36,105 nt of DNA from contig DAIMNW010000001.1 of the NCBI GenBank assembly GCA_036719905.1, forward strand, positions 1 through 36,105, given 5' to 3'. The notes under the pieces were generated by a model. It was given only the letters and a program-made list of their open reading frames with translations. It was not told the DNA's origin and did not search any database. A program made the translations under genes and the position numbers. Shown piece after piece: positions 19,445-26,087 of the stretch (positions within the stretch are counted from its first letter, which is position 1; each line of letters starts with the position of its first letter). The stretch is from Chitinophagales bacterium (GTDB taxonomy: Bacteria; Bacteroidota; Bacteroidia; Chitinophagales; CAIODY01).

Positions 19445-20542
19445 ATGGAAGCTCCTTTTGTTGATTTATTTGCTCAGTATCAATCTATTAAATCGGAAAT
19501 GGATAAGGCAATAGCCGATGTCATTTTCGAAAGTGCTTACATTGGTGGCAAGCGCATTTCTCTATTTGAGCAGCAATTTGCCCAGTTTGTTGGGGTAAAA
19601 AATTGTGTGGCCTGCGCCAATGGTACCGATTCGCTCGAGATTCTCCTGCAAGCTTATGGAGTAGGAGCAGGTGATGAAGTTATTATTCCGGCTCACTCTT
19701 GGTTTTCATCGGCCGAGGCAGTGCATGCGGTTGGCGCCACCCCTGTATTTATTGATTCGTTTCCAGGTCAATTTACCATGAATACTTCTTTAATAGAGGC
19801 AAAAATAAATGCTAACACCAAAGTGATAATGCCGGTGCATTTGTATGGCAACCCTGCCGAAATGGATACCATCATGAATTTGGCCAATAAGTATAAATTA
19901 AAAGTGATTGAAGATTGTGCGCAGGCACACGGGGCGGTATATAAAGGTATGCAAGTAGGCACTATTGGGCATGCCGCTTCTTATAGTTTTTATCCAGGTA
20001 AGAATCTGGGTGCCTATGGCGATGCCGGTGCCATGGTGACCAACGATGATGAGTTGGCTGAGAAAATTCGCATGATTTCATTACATGGACAAAAAGGAAA
20101 ACATAATCATCTGATAGCCGGCAGAAATAGCCGTCTGGACGGATTGCAGGCTGCTGTGCTTTCGGTGAAATTGCCGTATCTGGCAAAGTGGAACGAGTCA
20201 AGGCGCAAGCATGCTTCAACCTACGACAAATTGATTACCAACCCGGCGGTTACTAAACCAAAAGCAGCCGAACATTGCATTCCGGTTTATCATTTATACG
20301 TAATAAAAATTAATAATAGGGACGAGTTGGCGGCAAAGCTGAAAGAGGCAGGAGTAGAAACAGCCGTTCATTATCCAACTGCTATGCCTTTTTTAAAAGT
20401 ATATGATGGAAAATATGCGGCCGAAGGATTTCCGGTGGCCAAGTATGATTCTTCCACCATATTATCATTACCCATGTATGCTGAGCTGAGCGATGAGCAA
20501 ATAAATTATGTGGCTAAATTGGTAAATGATTATGCGAATTAA
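19445..20542 (+). CDS. DegT/DnrJ/EryC1/StrS family PLP-dependent sugar aminotransferase
   Basis: Starts MEAPFVDLFAQY (ATG at 19445; the 43 upstream codons from a TTG look non-coding). PLP-lysine context SFYPGKNLGAYGDAG. Family-typical VIEDCAQAHG. Confidence 0.85.
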   Translation: MEAPFVDLFAQYQSIKSEMDKAIADVIFESAYIGGKRISLFEQQFAQFVGVKNCVACANGTDSLEILLQAYGVGAGDEVIIPAHSWFSSAEAVHAVGATPVFIDSFPGQFTMNTSLIEAKINANTKVIMPVHLYGNPAEMDTIMNLANKYKLKVIEDCAQAHGAVYKGMQVGTIGHAASYSFYPGKNLGAYGDAGAMVTNDDELAEKIRMISLHGQKGKHNHLIAGRNSRLDGLQAAVLSVKLPYLAKWNESRRKHASTYDKLITNPAVTKPKAAEHCIPVYHLYVIKINNRDELAAKLKEAGVETAVHYPTAMPFLKVYDGKYAAEGFPVAKYDSSTILSLPMYAELSDEQINYVAKLVNDYAN

Positions 20543-20672
20543 CAATAGTAATTTGAAGTAGTTAGAAAAGAACGATTGTTGGCAGATTACGGAAAATATT
20601 ATCTTACTTGTGTTGTTCGTTTGTGATGTAGAATATGTAAAGCCGGGATATTATTTGATAGCAAAATTCAAT

Positions 20673-20680
20673 TAATTTTG
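20673..20680 (+). promoter_or_regulatory. Candidate -7 promoter box (TAATTTTG) for the toxin-antitoxin cassette
   Basis: Exact TAnnTTTG, 17 nt upstream of the ATG at 20697. A TTTG lies 15 nt further upstream, inside the TTTGATAGCAAA palindrome. Confidence 0.4.
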
Positions 20681-20696
20681 TAAAAAACAGAAAGTC

Positions 20697-20927
20697 ATGT
20701 TAAAAATTGAAGATGAACTTGTGAAGGCAACTAAAATGAGTGAACCCGAGCTCTTGTTGGAACTGGCCGTAGTACTTTTTCAAAAGGCAAAACTATCATC
20801 CCACCGAGCTGCCAGATTAGCCAAAATGAGTTGGGATGACTTTACGAAAGAATTATATAAGCGAAAAATTTCATTGTTTGATGAAGAAACCGTTTTGAAT
20901 GAATTGAAACAAATCTCCACGCCTTAA
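20697..20927 (+). CDS. UPF0175-family antitoxin
   Basis: 76 aa. The pattern ELLLELAVVLFQKAKLSSHRAARLAKMSWDDFTKEL matches the UPF0175 helix-turn-helix-like pattern. Lies 2 nt upstream of the DUF3368 gene. Confidence 0.7.
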   Translation: MLKIEDELVKATKMSEPELLLELAVVLFQKAKLSSHRAARLAKMSWDDFTKELYKRKISLFDEETVLNELKQISTP

Positions 20928-20929
20928 GA

Positions 20930-21412
20930 ATGATTGTTGTTTCTGATACGTCGCCAATTTTATGTTTGATTAGAATTGATAAGTTGTTCTTGCTTGAAAA
21001 AATATTTCAAAAAATTATTATACCAAAATCTGTTTTTGATGAATTAGTAGAATTACACAAGGTTCAGCCAACTGCATTAACCACACTGGATTACGTTGAA
21101 ATAATCTCAGCAAAAAATTTAAAGCAGGTAAATGAGTTAGAACAACAGCTGGATAAAGGGGAGGCAGAAGCCATTGTGATTTCGATTGAGCTGAGAGCAG
21201 ATTTATTGTTGATTGATGAAAGATTGGGAACACAACTAGCTCACAATTATCAATTGCATACAAAAGGTTTTTTAAGTGTTTTATTACAAGCCAAATCCAT
21301 AGGATTATTAACAGAAGTAAAACCCCTTATCCGGTTTTTAATGAACGAACATAATTATTGGATAAGCGAAAAAGTTTTTGATCAAGTAATCCAATTGGCA
21401 AACGAAAAATAA
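20930..21412 (+). CDS. DUF3368/COG2405 PIN-like toxin
   Basis: 160 aa. N-terminal VVSDTSPILCL with an acidic Asp, LDKGEAEAIVISIE, LLLIDERLG, TKGFLSVLLQAKSIGLL. This is the classic partner of UPF0175. Confidence 0.7.
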   Translation: MIVVSDTSPILCLIRIDKLFLLEKIFQKIIIPKSVFDELVELHKVQPTALTTLDYVEIISAKNLKQVNELEQQLDKGEAEAIVISIELRADLLLIDERLGTQLAHNYQLHTKGFLSVLLQAKSIGLLTEVKPLIRFLMNEHNYWISEKVFDQVIQLANEK

Positions 21413-21415
21413 ATT

Positions 21416-22594
21416 ATGTACAACGAATCCATTTCATCTGACCGAAAAAAAATAATTGTATTAGGCAGTGGCCCCAATCGCATAGGTCAGGGCATTGAGT
21501 TTGACTATTGTTGCACACATGGTTTGCAAGCGATTAAAGAATGTGGCTACGAAGCCATCATGATTAATTGCAATCCGGAAACGGTTAGCACCGATTTTGA
21601 TATGGCCGATAAGTTGTACTTCGAGCCGGTGTTTTGGGAACATATTTGGGAAATAATCGAGTTTGAAAAACCGTTCGGAGTGATTGTGCAGTTGGGAGGG
21701 CAAACAGCTTTAAAGCTGGCCAAGCGCCTGCATGAAAATGGCGTTAGAATTATTGGAACTTCATTCGATAGCATGGATATAGCCGAAGACCGTGGCCGTT
21801 TTTCTGATTTGTTAAAAGAAATGGGAATTCCTTATCCCGAGTATGGTACTGCCGAGGATGCCGATGAAGCTATAGCGGTGGTAAAAAAAATTGGCTATCC
21901 GGTATTGGTTCGACCAAGCTATGTGTTAGGTGGGCAGCGCATGCGAATTGTAATCAATGATGAAGACTTAGAAAAATCGGTGTTGAGTTTGCTCAAGCAT
22001 TTACCCGATAATAAAATTTTGATAGACCATTTTTTAGATAGATGCCAGGAGGCAGAAATAGATGGTATATGCGATGGTGAAAATTTTCATGTGATGGGTG
22101 TGATGGAACACATAGAACCGGCAGGTATACACAGCGGCGATAGCAATGCCGTGCTGCCTCCGTTTAATCTTTCACCATTGATAATTGAGGAGATGAAAGA
22201 TTATGCAAAAAAGATTGCGTTTAAATTGCAGATAAAAGGTTTGATTAATATTCAGTTTGCTATTAAGGATGGAAAAGTATATGTGATAGAAGCCAATCCC
22301 AGGGCCAGCCGTACCACACCATTTATAGCCAAGGCTTATGAAATTCCCTACCTGAATATTGCCACTAAGGTAATGTTGGGCGAAAATAAAGTAACCGATT
22401 TTAAATTTGAGCCTAAGCTAAAAGGCTACGCCATCAAAGAACCGGTTTTCTCTTTCGATAAATTTCCGGGTGTAAATAAAGAATTGGGCCCTGAGATGAA
22501 ATCGACCGGAGAATCTATTCGCTATATTAAAGGGCTAACAGATTCTTATTTCCGTCAGTTGTATCGTGAAAGAAGTATGCACTTGAGTAAGTAA
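21416..22594 (+). CDS. Half-size CarB-like protein: only the second (carbamate-phosphorylating) ATP-grasp half of the carbamoyl-phosphate synthase large subunit
   Basis: 392 aa, colinear with roughly residues 553-935 of E. coli CarB: KKIIVLGSGPNRIGQGIEFDYCC, NCNPETVSTDFD, VRPSYVLGG, MEHIEPAGIHSGDS, IEANPRASRT, GPEMKSTGE. It ends where the MGS-like allosteric domain would begin. Confidence 0.8.
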   Translation: MYNESISSDRKKIIVLGSGPNRIGQGIEFDYCCTHGLQAIKECGYEAIMINCNPETVSTDFDMADKLYFEPVFWEHIWEIIEFEKPFGVIVQLGGQTALKLAKRLHENGVRIIGTSFDSMDIAEDRGRFSDLLKEMGIPYPEYGTAEDADEAIAVVKKIGYPVLVRPSYVLGGQRMRIVINDEDLEKSVLSLLKHLPDNKILIDHFLDRCQEAEIDGICDGENFHVMGVMEHIEPAGIHSGDSNAVLPPFNLSPLIIEEMKDYAKKIAFKLQIKGLINIQFAIKDGKVYVIEANPRASRTTPFIAKAYEIPYLNIATKVMLGENKVTDFKFEPKLKGYAIKEPVFSFDKFPGVNKELGPEMKSTGESIRYIKGLTDSYFRQLYRERSMHLSK

Positions 22595-22605
22595 GTTTTT
22601 ATAGT

Positions 22606-23421
22606 CTACTTAAAAGACGAATCCTTCTCACGGCTCACCACTTTATAAACCATCTTATCCATCCAGGCCGGAAAAAATTTATTTAAACGAACAATATTTT
22701 TGCCTTGACTGGTGAGAATGATTTCACGGCGGCGCTTTGTTATTCCTGCAATTAATTCTTTAGCCACTTCTTCGGCGCTCATCAGGTTGGCCTCCGCCAG
22801 CGGACTTTCACCTTGTGCTTTACCTTCGGCATTTAACGCTTGCTTGCGAATATTGCTTTCGGTATAGCCTGGGCAAATAATCATAACATGCACTTTTGTT
22901 TTGAGCAATTCAATTCTTAAGGAATCTAAGAAACCTTGCATGGCGAATTTGGATGCAGAATAGGCCGTTCGAGCCGGTAAACCTTTATACCCGGCAATGG
23001 AGCTTACTCCTACTATAGTGCCATCAGATTTCATGATGTGAGGCAAAGCATATTTAGTACAATAAACCGTTCCCCAGAAATTGACATCCATCACCTCTTT
23101 CATCACATTCAAATCCAAATCAGCAAATAGGGCTCTCATGCTGATGCCGGCATTGTTTATAAGCACATCTATTTTACCCCATTGCTTTATGGTTTCGGCT
23201 ATAATTCGCTTACAATCTTCTTCCTCGGTGACATCGGCTTGTATCAGCAAGCACTTTTCCATGGGAATATCGGCATTATTTAAGGCATCCGTCATTACAT
23301 CCAGCCTTCGGGCCGCCATAGCCAATAAAGCGCCTTGCTTTATTAGTTCAATGGAAGTGGCTAGACCAATGCCCGATGAGGCACCCGTAACAATCACAAC
23401 AGTGTTTTTTAGGGACGACAT
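22606..23421 (-). CDS. Short-chain dehydrogenase/reductase (SDR) family oxidoreductase
   Basis: 271 aa. Cofactor motif VTGASSGIG, NNAG, catalytic YSASK. Confidence 0.85.
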   Translation of the reverse strand: MSSLKNTVVIVTGASSGIGLATSIELIKQGALLAMAARRLDVMTDALNNADIPMEKCLLIQADVTEEEDCKRIIAETIKQWGKIDVLINNAGISMRALFADLDLNVMKEVMDVNFWGTVYCTKYALPHIMKSDGTIVGVSSIAGYKGLPARTAYSASKFAMQGFLDSLRIELLKTKVHVMIICPGYTESNIRKQALNAEGKAQGESPLAEANLMSAEEVAKELIAGITKRRREIILTSQGKNIVRLNKFFPAWMDKMVYKVVSREKDSSFK

Positions 23422-23596
23422 TCTTCTATTCCATTTATACTGGATGATAAAGTAATTTGATGCTAAATATAGTAGAATAATGCCTTTTTATCTATCCAAG
23501 TTAGAGAATATAGGTGTTGTCATTATGGAAATGAATGGCAAGAGCTAACTGCTTGATGTCACACCAAATAATTGACAAAAAAGAGCATATCTTTTT

Positions 23597-23604
23597 ATAA
23601 ATTT
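23597..23604 (+). promoter_or_regulatory. Candidate -7 promoter box (TAAATTTG)
   Basis: Exact TAnnTTTG, 29 nt upstream of the ATG at 23633. Confidence 0.4.
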
Positions 23605-23632
23605 GCGTCCTTAATCACCAAAACTGAAATTC

Positions 23633-24442
23633 ATGTATTCTCGAGTTCTCTTATTGTTCACTCTAATATTATCGTCAAGTACGCTTTTATTTGCCCAAAA
23701 CGATGGCGATGTGCCACCCAATGCCTTACCAGGTAAATGTTATGCAAAATGCTACGTTCCAGATCGCTACGAGCAACAAAGTGAGCAAATAGTGGAGCGC
23801 CCGGCTCAGCAAAAAGTGGTTGTAATTCCAGCTACTTACGAAACGGTTATTGACACCATCTTAGTGCATCCAGCAAGCACTCAAAACGAGGTGGTGCCTC
23901 CAATTTACGGATACGTGGCTGATACCATTATGCTCTCAAGTGCTACCACTAAGTGGGTAAAAGGCCAGGCCGATGCAACATGTCTGAGTGATAACCCAGA
24001 CAATTGTAGAGTGATGTGTCTGGTACAAGTACCTGCTCAGTATCGTATTTCTACCAAAAAAGTAATGACGGCGCCGGCTTCGATGAAAGTGATAACTGTA
24101 CCAGCTGAATACAAATATGTTCCGCGTAGAGTAGTTAAAACGCCTGAAACATCACAAATTATTGAAACGCCTGCTACCTATAGAACGATAACAAAAAGTG
24201 TGTTGGTTTCCAAAGGAGGATTTGGCGAATGGCATGAAATCTTGTGCGCAAATCAGGTAACAGAAGACCGAATAACTCAAATCCAAAATGCCTTATTAAA
24301 AGCTGGATACGATCCCGGTCCTATTGATAATGTACTGGGTGCACAAACTCGTGCAGCTCTGCTCAAATATCAGAAAGAGAATGGACTGCCGCAGGGCAAT
24401 CTGAACTTAGAAACGTTGGATAAATTAGGCGTATCACACTAA
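23633..24442 (+). CDS. Secreted protein with P-A-x-Y repeats and a C-terminal peptidoglycan-binding (PG_binding_1-like) domain
   Basis: 269 aa with a signal peptide. Five repeats (IPATYETV, VPPIYGYV, VPAQYRIS, VPAEYKYV, TPATYRTI). C-terminal IQNALLKAGYDPGPIDNVLGAQTRAALLKYQKENGLP. Confidence 0.7.
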   Translation: MYSRVLLLFTLILSSSTLLFAQNDGDVPPNALPGKCYAKCYVPDRYEQQSEQIVERPAQQKVVVIPATYETVIDTILVHPASTQNEVVPPIYGYVADTIMLSSATTKWVKGQADATCLSDNPDNCRVMCLVQVPAQYRISTKKVMTAPASMKVITVPAEYKYVPRRVVKTPETSQIIETPATYRTITKSVLVSKGGFGEWHEILCANQVTEDRITQIQNALLKAGYDPGPIDNVLGAQTRAALLKYQKENGLPQGNLNLETLDKLGVSH

Positions 24443-24460
24443 TTCATAACAAATATTTTG

Positions 24461-24499
24461 AAAAGCCTCTCCCAATAAGAGAGGCTTTTTCTATTTTTG
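24461..24499 (+). terminator. Rho-independent terminator
   Basis: AAAAGCCTCTC-ccaataa-GAGAGGCTTTT followed by a T-rich tract, 19 nt after the stop at 24442. Confidence 0.75.
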
Positions 24500-24504
24500 A
24501 GCTA

Positions 24505-24936
24505 ATGGTAAATCGCCTTGCCTTTGTAATATGGATATTCCTATGCTCGACTTTTGTGCTGCGTTCATCAGCACAGAAACCTGACAGTCTTCATTTTTTT
24601 AAAGGTACCTGGAAACAAGCATTACAAAAATCGAAAAAAGCTGGCAAACCCCTATTTGTGGACTTTTACGCTAGTTACTGTGCCCCTTGCAAAAAAATGG
24701 CCAGCGAAACCTTTACTAATAAACAAGTTTATAGTTATATAAATAAAAACTTTATACCCTATCAGGTAGATGTGGAATCTTTTGATGGGTATCCGGTAAG
24801 TGCCCAATATAAAGTGAAAACCATGCCCAAGATTATTCTTATTGATTCACACGAAAAAGCACTGAAGGAGATAGATGGCTTCTATCAGGCCGATAATCTG
24901 GTAGAAATAATAAAAAAGTCGGGTTTTGGGCATTGA
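24505..24936 (+). CDS. Secreted thioredoxin-fold protein (CxxC)
   Basis: 143 aa with a signal peptide. FVDFYASYCAPCKKM redox motif. Confidence 0.75.
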   Translation: MVNRLAFVIWIFLCSTFVLRSSAQKPDSLHFFKGTWKQALQKSKKAGKPLFVDFYASYCAPCKKMASETFTNKQVYSYINKNFIPYQVDVESFDGYPVSAQYKVKTMPKIILIDSHEKALKEIDGFYQADNLVEIIKKSGFGH

Positions 24937-24972
24937 TTGCAAATAACACTTTGAAACAAAAAGCAATAATTG

Positions 24973-24980
24973 TACTTTTG
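24973..24980 (+). promoter_or_regulatory. Candidate -7 promoter box (TACTTTTG) for tRNA-Arg(ACG)
   Basis: Exact TAnnTTTG, with 17 nt between the box and the mature tRNA 5' end. Confidence 0.5.
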
Positions 24981-24997
24981 CATTTCCAATAAATGAT

Positions 24998-25071
24998 GGC
25001 TGCGTAGCTCAACTGAATAGAGCATCTCACTACGGATGAGAAGGTTTTAGGTTTGAATCCTAACGCGGTCA
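24998..25071 (+). tRNA. tRNA-Arg (anticodon ACG)
   Basis: 74-nt cloverleaf folded by hand. Acceptor GGCTGCG/CGCGGTC (two G-U pairs), D arm GCTC-AACTGAATA-GAGC, anticodon arm TCTCA-CTACGGA-TGAGA, T arm TTAGG-TTTGAAT-CCTAA, discriminator A. CCA is not encoded. Confidence 0.85.
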
Positions 25072-25077
25072 CTGAAC

Positions 25078-25113
25078 AAAAAGGATTCTATTTTATTAGA
25101 GTCCTTTTTTTTT
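25078..25113 (+). terminator. Rho-independent terminator after tRNA-Arg(ACG)
   Basis: 10-bp stem AAGGATTCTA/TAGAGTCCTT (one G-U pair), 6-nt loop, then a run of 9 T. Confidence 0.7.
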
Positions 25114-25157
25114 GATTAAACATGTGCAAGTATTATTAGCCTTAACCTATTATTTCT

Positions 25158-25165
25158 TAATTTTG
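25158..25165 (+). promoter_or_regulatory. Candidate -7 promoter box (TAATTTTG) for tRNA-Arg(TCG)
   Basis: Exact TAnnTTTG, with 16 nt between the box and the mature tRNA 5' end. Confidence 0.5.
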
Positions 25166-25181
25166 CAATTAATAAATAACT

Positions 25182-25255
25182 GGCTCCGTAGTTCAACTGA
25201 ATAGAATATCAGATTTCGGCTCTGAGGGTTGGGGGTTTGAATCCCTCCGGGGTCA
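25182..25255 (+). tRNA. tRNA-Arg (anticodon TCG)
   Basis: 74-nt cloverleaf. Acceptor GGCTCCG/CGGGGTC, D arm GTTC-AACTGAATA-GAAT, anticodon arm TCAGA-TTTCGGC-TCTGA, T arm GGGGG-TTTGAAT-CCCTC, discriminator A. Confidence 0.8.
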
Positions 25256-25261
25256 CGTTTC

Positions 25262-25300
25262 AAAAAGGACTTATCCAACGCGATTAGTCCTTTTTGTTTT
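25262..25300. terminator. Bidirectional terminator hairpin (tRNA-Arg on +, methyltransferase on -)
   Basis: AAAAAGGACT ... AGTCCTTTTT stem with an A-run upstream and a T-run downstream. It lies between the tRNA 3' end and the convergent stop at 25301. Confidence 0.6.
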
Positions 25301-25924
25301 TTATGACTTTACAGCATCAACAATGAGAGAGGTGTAGTTAGGCATACCTAATATGGAAACATCCTTTCGTTCAAATTTGAACCGTTTCGAACGATAAATT
25401 TTGCCATCAGCAGGATCCCAGTTTGTAGCATGGAATTCACCCTTTTCATCATAGTATTCAAGCAAATTCACTTTAAATCCAATAGATTCAAAAAGGCTGG
25501 TTATGGTTTTATAGGTGTACAAAACTTTATGGGCTTCTGGCAAATGGATTCTTTCGGGATTGGTCTCAATATCAACCCTCTTTATATATTTTGGATCAGG
25601 GTGCAAACCATCTGGCACTGCTATGCGCAATCTACCATTAGGTTTTAAAAATTTGTAAATAATTCGAGCCGTGGTGGCGCTGTCGGCAGGCGAAAGGTGC
25701 TCCCAAACATGCTCCCCCATCACAATATCAATTGAGTTTGGTTTGAAATATTTTAACCAATCTGCTTCTACTGTTGCATTAATGGTTTCCATATTGGTGG
25801 GAACCCAGCCTTTTTCAAAAACCCCTCCCGAGCCAATCACTACTTTGAGCGATGGCGAACCATATCGAATAATACGAAGACGAAGTTGAATGTCTTTTAG
25901 AAATTTGTAAACGGCTGAGTTCAT
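25301..25924 (-). CDS. Class I SAM-dependent methyltransferase
   Basis: About 207 aa from the ATG at 25924 (upstream TTG extension unlikely). LKVVIGSGGVFEKGW (motif I-like), SIDIVMGEHVWEHL, LKPNGRLRIAVPDG. Confidence 0.65.
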   Translation of the reverse strand: MNSAVYKFLKDIQLRLRIIRYGSPSLKVVIGSGGVFEKGWVPTNMETINATVEADWLKYFKPNSIDIVMGEHVWEHLSPADSATTARIIYKFLKPNGRLRIAVPDGLHPDPKYIKRVDIETNPERIHLPEAHKVLYTYKTITSLFESIGFKVNLLEYYDEKGEFHATNWDPADGKIYRSKRFKFERKDVSILGMPNYTSLIVDAVKS

Positions 25925-26055
25925 TAACTGAAAATTTTTGCTAAAATAGTAAAAGCCTCCGAACCTACATGAAAACATTAAAAATAGCCTTGAAGTTGCA
26001 AATGTACATGGCAAATTGAATCGAAAAGGCAAGCCGTTAAAATGGCAATGTTTGC

Positions 26056-26063
26056 TATTTTTG
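26056..26063 (+). promoter_or_regulatory. Candidate -7 promoter box (TATTTTTG) for the AsmA-like gene
   Basis: Exact TAnnTTTG, 25 nt upstream of the ATG at 26088. Confidence 0.4.
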
Positions 26064-26087
26064 TTGCTAAAATAAATATTGTTACAA

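Noticed and set aside
22581-22620. Possible hairpin TAAGTA-13 nt-TACTTA between the convergent CarB-like and SDR genes.
   Set aside because: The stem is 6 bp and all A/T plus one G/C, with a large loop. It is not distinguishable from background.
23081-23455. 124-aa + strand ORF antisense to the SDR gene.
   Set aside because: It is a shadow ORF of a CDS with clear TGxxxGxG and YxxxK motifs.
23453-23467. Near matches to the TTGATAGCAA-type motif: TAATTTGATGCTAAA here and TTATTATTGACC at 34261-34272.
   Set aside because: Each needs an indel or covers only the AT-rich flank, which is too degenerate to count as a motif copy.
24839-25072. 77-aa minus-strand ORF between the thioredoxin-like gene and the tRNA.
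   Set aside because: It overlaps the thioredoxin-like 3' end and the whole tRNA-Arg(ACG) gene. The tRNA cloverleaf explains the sequence.
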